DNA of 64,000 bases from the human T2T-CHM13v2.0 reference genome, Homo sapiens: NCBI RefSeq assembly GCF_009914755.1, contig NC_060928.1. One strand, 5' to 3'. This document shows positions 37,823-51,988 of the stretch, in pieces. Every line of letters starts with the position of its first letter. Within the stretch, counting starts at the first letter, position 1. The translations under genes were made by a program, and so were the position numbers. Below the pieces are notes generated by a model. That model was not told the origin of the DNA. It worked only from the letters and a program-made list of their open reading frames with translations, and did no database searches.

Positions 37823-40800
37823 AAACTATAAACTGGCTAAAATTTAATAACAGGTATGTCATAGGTTTTTTTTCCAACACATATTTTTTCTCTTTCCAGT
37901 CTCTTATTTTTACCAAAGGCCAATTTATTTGCAAAATAAGTTTTAGTTTTATGATATTTGGCTTAATTATTTGCATAAAGTGCAACAATAGTAGTGATTG
38001 GCCATATCGATTCTATTTAAATTGGCTTTTCTGAACTCTTTCATAATGAATCTCAGATTAGACTTTTGACGTCTGTTGAGGATAGGAAGCCAAGCCAAGG
38101 ATTTGCCATCAGACTGTGTCTGTAATATCTGAATGAATTGGGTAATTTCTCTCTTCTTCCAGTCCCAAAATATCTTGAGGCTTCTGGACCTGTCAGAAAG
38201 TGACATTCTTTACTTACCACAAGGTCAGAAACATTGAAAAGGAACCATGTAGATAAAGTACCAGGTCAGCCTTTCCAAAGGGCTTTTCATCAGTTCAATA
38301 AAGTCAACCTCAATTCTTCAAAGCAGTCTGGACATATCTGAAAATATGTCATTCCAGTCAAAACCTTGATAAAATAAGCAGCATTTCTGATTGTGTCCTG
38401 TTGCAAAATAAAACATATTCTTATCTAACTTATGCAAATAATTATATTGCCATAAGATAAGAATACTCATAAACAGTTTCCAAATTCTGGAGAAATCAGG
38501 TAGAGGGAAAGGTAAATGTTTCAATTTTGCTTACAAAAGTATACTTTACCCAATTGCTGAAAGCTACACATAACTCAAAAGAAAAAAATATCTTGACTCT
38601 GGAAAAGAAAACATAAAAAGAATCCGCAATGTTTCAAACAAAAATTCATTAAAAATCATTTATGACTGCCATCAGTTCAGTCCTGTGTAATTAATTCTTG
38701 TTCTTCTTAATGTTGAGTTAGCAATCTTCATGAATCAATTAGGTTTATTTTATTAGAGTTCTGGAAGTTTTTATTTAGCCCAATTATATGATCCAGTGTT
38801 ATTTGAAACCTGTATTTAAGAGTACTTCTCATGGATCTTTCCATGAATTTTCTTGAAGGTAAAACACGTTAGAATTCGCAAAGAGCTTTTAGAAGAAAAA
38901 ACATCAGGATAAGGCAATTTACTTAATATACCAAGACATATCAGATTTCTAGGAATTCCATACAATTTTGGAACACATATTAATAACATCCATACAAATA
39001 AACACCATTTCTTATTTGACAATAATGACAGTATAATTTTAACATATGAAAGAAGCCTAATATGTCTCCCTTAGACTTTCAGGGTTCTCATTTGGACTTC
39101 CAAGGGTCCTAACATCCAAAAATCTGTTTAAGGTCAAAAAAGATAGATTTAAAATTTGTTATTTGATTTTGGGAAGTTTGTCAAATATCAAAGGTTTAAA
39201 ACACTTAATATCAAAATAAGGGACGCTTAAAACACTCAATCAAAATAGGATCACAGGTCACTATAAAAGATTAATTAATTTAGCCAAAGTAATAATTCAA
39301 AAATTTCAAAAAGCAAAAACCTTTACTCTTAGAGAGAAAGGAGACTCAGTTTTCCAAATAGTCAAAAGCCCTAATAAAGACAATATGAGACTTTCTTCCT
39401 CTCTCTTTACCTCCCTCTCAACTTTACCCTTGCTTGTATCAATGTATTATTAATATGAAACCTAATTTTAATAAAACCTTATAAATAGATTTATCTAATC
39501 TCATTCAGCTTTGGCCACATAAGATTGTGATAAACCTTTTATAACCTCTTAAATTTTTTCCTATTCTTTCTTTTCCCAACATTCTTTTTCCATTTAGTTT
39601 TATCAATTCTCATTTTTTATTTCTTCAATTTAAAACAACATTTAAAAATCTTTAAACTAAACAAAACTACTTTTTCTTTAACAAAAGTCATATTCTCACA
39701 CCTTCTTTATAACCTTCCTTACCAAAAACACATCCTATTTTCTTTATATACTTTGCATACAGAAGTGTTTCTCTTATATCTACTTGTTTAAATTACATAG
39801 TAAACCTAACTTACAATAAGAAATATAGAAAGAAAGCAATTTTAATTGGTATGTATCAGATGCAGAGCCCAGGACAAAAGACAGACCTGTGAAGACAATG
39901 CCTGGAGGATCTGACCCCTCCCAGCATGGCCAGGAAGCATAGATGGGCCAGGGAGGATGAGGCATAGGCACTGTGGACACACATGTGTCCCTGTGCCTGA
40001 CCATGGCCAATTGTCTAGACCTTAGAATTTAAAGCCTCAAAACCAAAAATATAAACTCATAGACAGATCAAACAAGCACAAAAATATCACAGAAGCAACA
40101 GCTTTGTGACCTGAAAACATCTATCATAAATAGTATAAATTAGTCTGATGAGTAGACCCAGACAAAAATATCTAAAACTCTGAAGACATTTCTATTTTGC
40201 CAACAATTTTAAAATTAGCTTTATTTACCAAAAACTACTAAAGCCACATGAACTTGAAAAGCGGGCTAGTTAATTTATGAGTACTCATTTATTTATGTTA
40301 GTGTGTTACCACGTAGCCAATATACAAACACATGTACAAACATATATGTACATGCAGACACAACATATGACATACACAGGTGCACATGTGTGTTTCTAAA
40401 AGCCAAAGATATAAAAGAGTTCCGTGTAAAAGACAGCAGAGCTTTAGACCTAAGAGTAACCTGTTCATGCTCTTGAGACTGCACAAGGAAGACAGAAGAC
40501 CCCAAAATGAGGATTGTGGTGCCTTCTTCTGTGTTCCTCAAGAGGTCTCAGGATCATTACAAGTCCCTTCCAGATTCTTTCATGTGTTATCAAAGATAAG
40601 CACTGCAGGAGGAGGAGTAAAGTAAATGGGAGAAATTTTCTCATAAGAGGCAATTTGGGGAGATTTTTAAGCTTTGTAAAAGGTCAATGAAGTTTTATTT
40701 TTTCTTTAGCAAAAATCATACCCACAGAAAGGAAGTAAATGGAAGCAGCAAGCATATAACTTTTTAAAAGAGGTTTTGATTCACTGAAAAAACTTCCCAG

Positions 40801-42737
40801 AAACAGAATACAAAATAGAAAAAGCAGAGAGTTATTTTAAAAAAGAAATACTCTTGAATATCAGCTTTTAATAAGTCGCTTACTGACCACAGAGCTCTTT
40901 AAAAAAAGAAAACTTCCCTCAAATCTCTTATTATCAAATCTTAGCCAGGACAAATCGACAATATTTTTGGCTTTTGAGCTTTTTTTGTTTTTGTTTTTAA
41001 CCAAAAGTACCCTCCAAGTAACTCACCAGAATGAATAGAGCTTAACCAAAATTATGACTTAACCAAGGACACACAGGTCATCTCCAAAGAGGTGCAAAGC
41101 AGACCTCACAAAATCCAAAACTACGCCAAAGACAGCTGAAAGAAAGGAAAGGTTCATTAGCTACAAATGGGGTACAACCCATATCTGTCTCCATATACTC
41201 TAGGCTCTCAGCTTCTCAGCTGACCATCTATAGACAAAAGTCCAAAAGCCCAGATGTCCCCACAGATGGAAGAAGGCAGAAAATCAACACTTGTCCATAG
41301 AAGGGAAAAGAATGGATAACAAATGGGTACCCCCAAAGTTAAGCTTCACGCAAGTATCAAACTAAAAGGGACTGGTTATCTAACCAAGCATCAAACCTAA
41401 GGTTGTTAGAGTGAAATCATAGAATTTTAACTACTAGACTACAAGGTAAAGAAGCCATCACTGTAAATTTCACAGGGGTCCAAATCAGGCAGTTTGAGGT
41501 TACAAATAATTTTAACTTTGCTTTAGGTCAAATTTTTGTTTTTTAATTTCATCAAGATAATTTTTAAGGCTTCCTATGACACTATTATGTGTCTTTCTTT
41601 TAATCTGATCTTCCCACAAGGCAACTGTTTAGAATGAGGAGCTCTGAAAACTTTTTTTTAAATTTCAGGGTCTTTCTAATTTAAAGAATCCATCTTTTGG
41701 CCACTAATGACTAGAATTTCTTATGGTGTGCTTATTCCAATAGCAACTCAGTCCAATTAAGCTTCTTTAAGGAAATCCCAGGAAGTAATTTTTCAGGTTT
41801 AAAATAAGTGTTTTTCTTTTCTGGAGAGGACATGAAAGAGGCAGTCTCCATGATCCAAAAAAATTCACTCCCAGGTATAGGCCAGGATAGAAAATGACTC
41901 GTGTTGCCACAGACAGTTTAGGATGGTGTTTCTGTGTACAGTACCTTCAGTGTTCCACAAATCTGTAGAAAGCTGCCATTCACAGACCCATTAATCCATG
42001 ACTCTAGGTAGGCCCTCCTGGGATTGTACTTTCCCAAGACTAACCAGGCAACAAATGATTGAGACAACAAAAGCCCCTTACGCCAGCTTGACATGCTTGG
42101 AACAAGAAGTGTACTGCTTAAAATCTCAGGGGTTTCCAACATTTTCCAACTGATCACTGGATATGACCCAAAAATCATGCCTCCTAGATGGCAGAGACCA
42201 AGAGAGACTGTTGCTACTAGATCTTAAATAAAGCTCTCAAAGACATGAAACAAGATGAGAGGGGAACCTCATACAGTTTTTATTTGGGAGACCTACAGGA
42301 AAGTTTATCTAAATAGATGCTGTTGTGATCAGAACCACAAAACTTACCAGTCCGCACATCCTGCTAAAACAACCAGCTAATAGAGATATGAGACCTATGT
42401 TCTACCCATGGTACCCCTCTTTGTGACAGAACAACAAACAAACAATCAAAAACAAAGACTATTTCTGGAAGGAAAGGGATCAAACAACATGAATATTCAT
42501 ACCAAAAAGTACACCAGAGACACTACACCCAAGACTTGTCACCTAAATCTTTTTATCCCATTACACCAATATTTTGGAGGGGAAAAAGAGACAAACTGAT
42601 TTTTAGCATCCACTCAACTGGATTCTGCAGAAATAGAGGCTGAGAGTCCAGCTGGTAAGAATTTATTTCCCTTCTGCCAGTTTGTCACATCCTGAGTTTC
42701 CTTGACTGCAGCTTCCAGAAGAGCAGAGTGACTGGTT

Positions 42738-42755
42738 ATCCTGTTCATGATGCCA
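42738..42755 (-). other. Retroviral primer-binding site (tRNA-Ser-like)
   Basis: Reverse complement TGGCATCATGAACAGGAT lies 4 nt from the LTR end. It differs from the recalled tRNA-Ser(CGA) complement TGGCGTCACGAACAGGAT only by two CpG transitions. Confidence 0.75.
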
Positions 42756-43777
42756 AAGCTGTAGAGACCAAGGGAAAACTTCCCCTTTAACCTCTGAAGG
42801 TTTGCTGAAACTCAACTAACAAAAGGCAGGTTAGTAGAAGAAAAGGCATGCACATTTACTAACATGCATGGAAGAAATCACAGAGTGATTACCACACCAC
42901 ACAAGAAGGTACAGATGGTTATGTACCCTTCTTCTTAAAAGAAAGGGAGATGGGGAAATGTGGGTGATTTTAGGGGGCTAGTAAATGATTTTTAAGAGGA
43001 TTCAATGAGCTTGAAAAACATACAATGGCCCGGGACAAAGTCTGTTGAGCCCACCAAGCAGACAATGGTTTGTGACAAAAGTCTTCTCAGGTGCGTTGAA
43101 GGACTTCAGTCTTTCTTCCTGCAATATGAGTTGAGTTAATGAAAACTCAGGGAAGGGATCAGGGGTGATTGTTTTCTTCTTTGGTGTGTCCAGATTTTAG
43201 GCAGATAAGGAAACTTCAGAGTACAACTTCTTCCTGTGGTTTGGGAGAGACAGAGGATTGAGATAGAGCAGGGGAAGGTCAGAAAGACCTTGAGGCATTT
43301 TCTTCAGTTCAGCTCGTCAAAGTACCATGTTTCTGGGTAACAATATCTGCGCCCCAAAACATTCTCCACCAACAATCAATGAGCTGTTTTCTAAGATTTG
43401 TTTTTCTATCTCAGGGTAGGAATTAAATCCTAATTATTCTTACATCCCACCAAAAAAAAAAAAAAAAAAAAAACCTCCATGGACTCATATAAACAGTTGA
43501 TCAAAAATTTCCTCTTGAATGAAATTGAAATAAATATAATTGAATGAACAAAATGTTCTCCTTGCCAAAGGAAATTAAGAACCACTGCAATGACCCCCAT
43601 TCCTATCCATACTTAAATTAATTTTTGCTTTCATTATTGTCCATTACTTCCTCTTTTCCAGCCCATGCTGCTGTTCCTTTTTTGTCATGTCCTAGAACAG
43701 GGCAAACTAATCAAATATCACTTTATCTTCTAATCTCTTTACGATCCTTGTCTTTCTCCTTCCCCCGTGCATTGTCA

Positions 43778-44390
43778 GTGTAAGGGCAAAGAGAATTCCC
43801 TCTGCCTCTGAAGGTTTTAGTCTAAGTTTGTTGAAATAAATTGACAATAGACTGATTAACAGAAAAAAAAAGGATACAGATATATTAACGTTCATAGGGC
43901 AAAGGAGCCACATACAAAAAGAGAGGCCAGATGACTGAAGGTTTAGACTAGGTGCCTGGGACTGCTGTGGAGGGGTTGAGGGGCATCACAGGTTATGGAT
44001 GAAAGAAGGAAGAGAAGCATGGCAAGCAAAATTTGGCATGTTATGCAAATATAATCTCTCTGGAAATTTCAGGGCTGCCCTCAGAAAGAATAGATGACAG
44101 CCTGTGCTAAAAGTTTCTCTGTCAGGCTTTTAGAAGTGTGAAACTTTTAGTCTCCTTTTCCTGTGAGTTAATTTTTCCTAGATCTTGATAAGAGGGGTAT
44201 GGAGGGGGGCATCAGAAAACCCTGTTTGCATCCACTATTTATCTCACTATGTAGATTTCCTCCACAGATGCAAATCTCCCCTACAAAAGGACAACTTTTC
44301 AAGGCTGTCCTGTGGCTTATAGCCTCTCTGAATAGCCATCCCACAACACGTCAAAGTATATTCTGGGGTGAAATATTCTGGTTTACTTCA
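43778..44390 (-). mobile_element. ERV1 solo LTR (MER67-like)
   Basis: Reverse complement starts TGAAGTAAACCAGAATATTTCACCCC and contains GGAGATTTGCATCTGT. Confidence 0.8.
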
Positions 44391-45326
44391 CGAGAATGTT
44401 AAGTTGTCTCTGTGTTGCTGATCAGTGGCTAATTTCCTTTTTATCAGGAATAAAGAAACACTCAATTGCCTCCTGCAATACCACTGGCATAATCCTGACA
44501 CTATCACATCACAATGAACAGGAGGCCCATTAATAAACATGCAGTGCTGTGAAGAATTTCACTGATCCCTCTCCAGGTCATTAAATCTATACATGTTTGA
44601 TGGGCAGTAAAAGAGAAATGTGGAATGATAATAGCAGCTGGAGGAGGCTGCTGCTCTCCTAGGCTGCTTTAACCACAAAAAAAGGCAGGAAATGATCCAT
44701 GTATTTTTTTAAATATGTATATATTCTACTCATTATTACTAATTTCAAATGCCTATGCATATTTCACAGGCAGCTGGTTCATAAATAAAATTGAGGCTGA
44801 GATTTTAGCATTAAATTATTTCAACTTCAAGTAGGGTCATGGTATTCAGTTTGATTAAACAATGAGGAGTTGGGCTGTGCTCTAACGAGAAAAGTTTTTG
44901 TGTGTGGGTGACTTGGAGGGCAGGTGCTAATCAAAACACATTTCTGTTTGTCACCTTTTAAGATATACATAAATGATGTTGCCCTATGTTGATAAGATGT
45001 TAAGCAAATTCAGATTCTAATTCCAGAAACAAGTCATCAAGCCAATAAAGATAAAATAGCCTTACAAGTTTATTCTTTAAAGCTAAAATCAAAGTAATAA
45101 TTTGTAGCATGACACAGGTCAGATTACTTCAGACCTTTTATTCCTATTTCTTACCTCAATTCAAACATAAACTATATATTGTAAAACAGAAAGTTTAAAA
45201 TACCCAACGTTTAAAAATTAGCAAATTCTATCATAAGCCTACAGTGGTGGCCAACACTGAAGCAATGTAAATAAAAATATTTCAATAACCCCTTGGCAAT
45301 TGAACATTCAATGGTTTTTGTATTTT

Positions 45327-46977
45327 GAAGGGAAAAAAATGATTTCTTTTCTCACCAATTGCTAAGTTCATGGCTAAGACCCCTATAACAAAAGACAAAT
45401 TAACAAAAGAAAATAATACAAATTTGCTTAATGTGTTTTATGTGACACAGGAGCCTTCATAAGACAATAAAGGCCCAAAGAAACAGGGAAACCCGTGTAT
45501 TTTTATTTCTGTTCTTTGTAGACTAGGGACTACAACTAGTCCCTAAGGCTAGTTGTAATGCTCTTTTGTGTCCCCATATCAATTTGATCTCCCCACAGGT
45601 ACCAATAGGGCATTTGTTTAGGATAAGAACTCTTTCAAATACAAAAGTTTTCCAAATCAAAGGATTCATCATCTAGTCATTGACAAGTGGGATCTCCAGA
45701 AGTGCACTTATTCAAAAAGTGACATAGTCAAATAATCCTTTTCGTGATAAGACCTAGAGTTAACTTTCCAGGCTTAGAACAAATTTTTACAATGGATAAA
45801 AGGGGCATCCCTGGAGCAGGTGCAGAAGAAGCAACTCCCACGATCCAAGAGTCACTCCCAAAGATAGCTTTAAGAAAGCAAAGATCCTCATTGCCACAGG
45901 ACATAGCAACTAAGGTAGAGATGAGACAAATTCCCCTGAGAGTTGGTATGGTCTGACAGACATTCCTCGGGTTTTCTCTCCTTCAAAGCTAACCACTAGA
46001 TCCAGATTTCCACAACCAGCATTCCTGGTTGGTGGACACCAGGGAAAATTTCCTCTCACTAGTTACAAGCCAAGCTCTCAAGATACAATAAGACAGAAGG
46101 AGAACATTTTCTGATTGTCTTTGTCGTGACAAACACAAAAAGATAGAGACATGGGGAAAAAGACTATCTTTGGGAGTTAAATGATAAAAAAAATCAAGAG
46201 TACTTAAGCAAAATCACAAAAGTTGCTATGCCCAAAGAATTAGTTCATACAAAGATGTTTTCTCCTGCTAATCTAAACTTTGAAAGGGTGAGACAAGAAG
46301 TTTTTATATCTTCCTGTCTTGACTGAGCACTACAGACAGAGATGTGAGATAGCTGACCTTGATAAGAATCCTTATCTTTTGCTGGCTTTTGTCAGTTGTC
46401 CCAGGGTTTCATCTGCTAGCTCCAGAGTAAGTCGGGTGTCTCAGCTGTCCTTCAATGGGTACCAGAAACTATAGGGGAGGAAAGATTTCTTTCTTCACCC
46501 ATTGATGGCTGAGGCACCTATAATGAAAGACAAATTAACAAGAAAAAAATACAAATGTATTTAATATAAGTTTTATATGACATGGGAGCCTTCAGAAATG
46601 AAGACCCAAAGAAACAGGAAAACCTGTGTGTTTTTATGGATGGGTTTGATGAAGAGCAGTCATGCTGAAGTATGATTAGACAAAGGGGTTATAACCTAAT
46701 GTTAATAAGCTAGGAGGAATTTAGCAAGGACTGTTTGTACAGTTTCTTTTCTGTCTCAGTGTCCTCAGAGATAATAACATTCTTATCCTCCAGGTATAGG
46801 GAGGGCGCTTCTGGGATGAGAGTCTTACAATCTCCTTCATGAGAGGGGCTACTAGGGTTTACAACCTGCTTCAAGGAAGAAGAGGCAAAGGGAAGGTAAG
46901 AGTGACCTTCCTGCTTCTGCTCTATCTTCAAATGCTAAAGTGCCATATTTTGGGGTAGTGTGTCCCGAACCTCATCA
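45327..46977 (-). mobile_element. Internally deleted MER31-like ERV1: partial 3' LTR 45327-45506, leader fragment, 5' LTR 46470-46977
   Basis: 45327-45506 is homologous to ~46470-46637. Reverse complement of the LTR starts TGATGAGGTTCGGGACACACTACCCCAAAATATGG. Confidence 0.8.
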
Positions 46978-47259
46978 CTTTTATTTACTCTTCAATAATT
47001 CTAAAATGTCATGATTTGTGGTCATTTTTAATTTTGCTGAGAATGAATTTGAATCGCATCTTCCTCCCGCCATGAGCCTGATAGGATGAAATAAACTGCA
47101 TAGTTAGTGAATTTACCTGGCCAACCGCATCTGTTCATTTGTTCAGGCCCAATGTTATCTTCCTCTCCCATTTGTAGTAACTCACACAAAATAATTTTAT
47201 AAATCAAAAAAGAAAAATAGATTTTTAAAATATTGTTGGCCTCCTTAACAATTAGAGAT

Positions 47260-47453
47260 AGTACTTAGGCCTAAATTTACAGCCATATCTTTGGATTTAC
47301 TCATTTCTCTGGGCATCTCTTATATATACGTGAGGTATATATATTATAAAACTTCTATTTGTTTTTCTCATTTTAATTTGTCATTTGTTAGAGGGGTCCA
47401 CCTCAACTAAAAACTATGAAGAGTAGAGAAAAAAATTATTTTTCCTTTCTACA
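47260..47453 (+). mobile_element. MER4-group LTR 3' fragment
   Basis: Ends ...GAGTAGAGAAAAAAATTATTTTTCCTTTCTACA; resembles the reverse complement of neighbouring LTR ends. Confidence 0.55.
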
Positions 47454-47489
47454 TATATATTTTAAAGGTAAGTGCTAGTCCCAACATTC

Positions 47490-47660
47490 TCTCTAAAACT
47501 TAAAGCAATGCCATTGTCTCTAAAACAAGGGAAATAATGGTACCCACTGAAATAATTGATGTGAGGATTAAATGTAATCATTTATGGTAGGTGTTGGCAA
47601 TGCCTGGCAAATAGAAAGCTCTCAATTGATGCTATACATATTATTGATAGTCATTATTAT
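47490..47660 (+). mobile_element. MIR remnant
   Basis: TGTGAGGATTAAATG...TGCCTGGCAAATAGAAAGCTCTCAAT. Confidence 0.65.
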
Positions 47661-48400
47661 AATAAGGAATTTAGTTTGAAGGATTGTATAACCATTTCTA
47701 GTATTCTTGTTACTTTTTTGGCTAGAATTACCACACTGCTTCAATTCTAAAATATAAATTTTTTCACATTGTAATATTTTAGAAATCTGGATATAGTCAG
47801 ATACTCAGCATGTATATTTGATTTACTGAATTTTTTTTTCCTGAAAAGTTATTTTAAAAGTTATGGTTCATCTTATAATCAATAGAATCTTAAAACCAGA
47901 TATTATGTTATATCCTATTAGTGCTGTTGAAATACTAGAGAATCCAAGAAAGCCTTGCAATGTATCACTAACCAATATAAAGTTCCCTTGGTTCATGAAG
48001 TATGATTGTGTCATCAATATCACAACTCCATATTTGCTGACTGATGTTTTAAACCAAAATATACACACTTCAAAAGACAAACTTTTTGAGAGATATTAGC
48101 CTGTAGTTACACAAAAATTTCAATAAAAGCATTATTTTATAACCATTTATGAGAAAATGCCTATTTGGCATATAAGCATAAGCTCATGTTTAAATGAAAT
48201 CTAGTGCTCACAATTTCCCTGTGAATAGCAAGCAATAAGGTAGGTTTTTTTCCTTTAGTAAATGTTGAAATGTTTTTTAGAAGCCATCACTGCTTTATAT
48301 CTGATTTATTTGGTAACTGGTGAGAAACCTGACTAATCAGTTAGTTGAAAAACAAAGTACATGGACAATCAGCTAGACTGACAAAATTCAAACACCCTAA

Positions 48401-48806
<406 letters not shown>

Positions 48807-49375
48807 ATTGTTTTTTAAGAATTGCTTCATTCATGATATGTGTTTAAACCATGTTAAAACGTTTGACATAATTAGTGTCCCCACCAACACTGAACAAGAC
48901 AGCTAAATCTTTGTAGCTCTCAGCTTTCTTGATCATGAATATTGTAGGGCAAAAATAATAACCCCCATAAATTCATAGTTGGAATGGACCTCTGTTATAA
49001 AAGACAAATTAAGAAGACAAAAACAAACAGAAGTTTATTAACATGTGCCTTTCATATATACATGACAGACACCCAGAGAATGAGTAATTCTCAAAGAAGT
49101 GGCTTTGAATTCCTGCATCTATAGCATTTTCAACAAAGAACAGTACATTTTTAAAGAAAGACAAGATAAAGAAAAAGGACTTTGAGTATCTACAAGAAGC
49201 AACCTGGGGAAAGGCAAATGAGTGGCTGATATAGGCTAGTTAGTAAAGATTGTTAATATAAATTATTCTGGTATTATCTCCAGGCCAGTGGGGGTCTAAA
49301 GCTGTCTTCAATTTTTAACCTTTGTTCTACCTAGTGTCGGGGGAGGGGGCCGGGGGGCAGTGTCAGTCCATTTTA

Positions 49376-49720
<345 letters not shown>

Positions 49721-49748
49721 GAAAGAAAGAAAAACAGAGAGAGAGAGA

Positions 49749-49820
49749 GGAAGGAAGGAAGGAAGGAAGGAAGGAAGGAAGGAAGGAAGGAAGGAAGGAA
49801 GGAAGGAAGGAAGGAAGGAA
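49749..49820 (+). repeat. (GGAA)18 microsatellite in Alu tail
   Basis: 72 bp of uninterrupted GGAA. Confidence 0.97.
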
Positions 49821-50829
49821 AGAAGAAAGAAAGGAAGGAAGGAAGGGAGGGAGAGAGAAAGAAAGAAAGATTATTTTTTTCCATGGTTCTGTGGGCTGGA
49901 AATTAAGAGAGGCATGATGCCAGCATCTGCTTGGCTTCTACTGAGGGGCATCTGCTGCAACATAACATCGTGAGAAGGTCAAAGAAGAAGTGGACACATA
50001 CAAACACAGAGAAAAGAAGAGAGAAAAAAACCTGAGGAGTGCCCTGGCTTTATAACAACCCACTCCTGTGGGAACTAATCCATTCACATGAGAACTAACC
50101 CAGTCTCAGGAGAGTGAGAATTTACAAACAAGAGAACAGAATCAAGCCATTCATAAGGGATCTGCCCCTATGACCCAAACACCTCCCACTAGGCCTCCCA
50201 ACATCACACACTGGAGATCAAATTTTAACATGAGTTTGGTGGGAACAAAACAAATCATACCCAAACCACAGCAGGTAGTATATATTTTCTCCAAGTAAAT
50301 TTTATGTTCCACTTCTAGACAAATAAAAGGAGGACAGAGAGCTCTTCTGCATCTTCTTCTTCTTAACTGTCTTCAGCTCAACAATCCCTCATATTTTGGG
50401 GAGACATATTCTCGTCTCTTACCAGCTAAAGATCTTTGTGATGTATAAGGTCTAAGAACTACTGGAAGGGAAAGTAGGAAAGTCCACCAGGAAAATGAAA
50501 GCAAAATTGGAAATGGAAAATGCTAGGAATAGGGTCAGCATCTACTGAACAAACTCTAGTCATAAGGAAAACGAGAAATATCACTGTCTTATTATAAGAG
50601 TAGTTTCTTTAAACTTTTGAGAGGGACCACTAAGAAAATTGACTGAATTCTCTTCTGCAAATATGGCTAAAAAATCTGATCTCTAAAGATGAGCAGTCAA
50701 GCTGATGTGACAGCTATTGACCTAACTCCTTCTGAAAGATGGAGAATACATACTAATAGAATACATACTATTTACTAGTATGTAAATCGTTGAGCTGAAG
50801 ACAATTAAGAAGAAGATGCATATTAGTAT

Positions 50830-51065
50830 AATAGAATTCTAACATCACAGCAAACTCTGAAAACAAAGTGCTTTTGTTTGAATTCCAGCTATGCCACTTT
50901 CTAGCTGTGTGACCTTAAGGAAAATATTCAGCTCCTCTCTGCCTCAGTTTCTTCATCTATAAAGTTGTGGCAAATATTATCTATCTCACGAAATAGATTG
51001 AATAAGTCAATATAAATTAGTGCTTACACTGGTGCCTGACACATTAAAAGCATGCAGTGTTTTTT
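50830..51065 (+). mobile_element. MIR SINE
   Basis: CTAGCTGTGTGACCTT...GCCTCAGTTTCTTCATCTATAAA. Confidence 0.85.
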
Positions 51066-51988
51066 ATTGTTAAATGTATAGATGTTTTGTTCCTTTACAT
51101 CTTGCTCCAATTGGCATCTTTTGTCATAGCTTATAAGTGTTTGTAAGTCAGCAACCATTGATTCATATTTACCCTGCAAAATAAAGAATATGTAATCCTT
51201 TAGAGACATAATACCTATGGCATAGTCATGTCTTGAAATATTAATCTAATTGTTCTCTGTGTATTTCTCTCTCTCCTTCTTTTACCTGCAGCCAAAGGAC
51301 TGACTGCTCTTTCTCCTCAAACAGACTGGAACAGAAAAAGAAATTCAAGTAAACCTTTAGCACAAGTGCAAGAAGAAGATTCTGCATGGCATCCAGAGTG
51401 CCTCCAAAAGACTAGACAAGCCTGGGTAGGAGGGAAAAAGAGAAAGAAGGAGGATGGTTCAGATAGGATGTGAAGGAGGGTCTAAAGGGAGAATTCAAAA
51501 AAGGAAGGTGAACAATAACTTTCCATGACAGATGAGCAAAGAGCAAAGTAGAAGGGCCTCTGCTGAAGATGGGCTGTCCTCTAGCATGGATCATTCTTTC
51601 ACTGTCCCAGTGAGGACCCTGTCCTCAAACCCATACTTTAGAGGACGCTTCCCTGGCCCTTCTTCAGCTGTGTCCCTCCTCACTGGTAAGGAGTCTGTGA
51701 ACCAAAGGAGACATGCCTATGTGAAAACTGCACTCTCCTTTGTACACTATATGCTAGGGAGCTCCATTGTCTCTAAGCTGCTTCCAGGACCTATGCCAGT
51801 CTTCTCCAAGCTCTGCTTCTAATGTGCCCAGTCTTAGGCCCAAGGTGTGGCCACAAGAAAAATGCTTGCAAAGATATGGTCAGAATTTGGACTTGTGGCT
51901 GAGGTGTACATAGGAATGTACATAAAGACCCTCATAATGCAGGATTGAGCTGGAAGTGAAATGAGAAGGCAGAGCCAGCTATGGGCTG

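Larger units (their letters stand above)
36324..43361 (-). mobile_element. Two-LTR ERV1 (MER4-group, LTR49-like) provirus: 3' LTR ~36324-36919, non-coding internal region, 5' LTR 42760-43361
   Basis: Two ~600-bp homologous direct repeats, a PBS adjacent to the right-hand LTR, and an AT-rich internal region with no long ORF. Exact family name uncertain. Confidence 0.88.

Noticed and set aside
36920-42737. Possible retained gag/pol/env
   Set aside because: No long ORF or recognisable retroviral motif; the longest ORF there derives from the Alu/GAAA tract.
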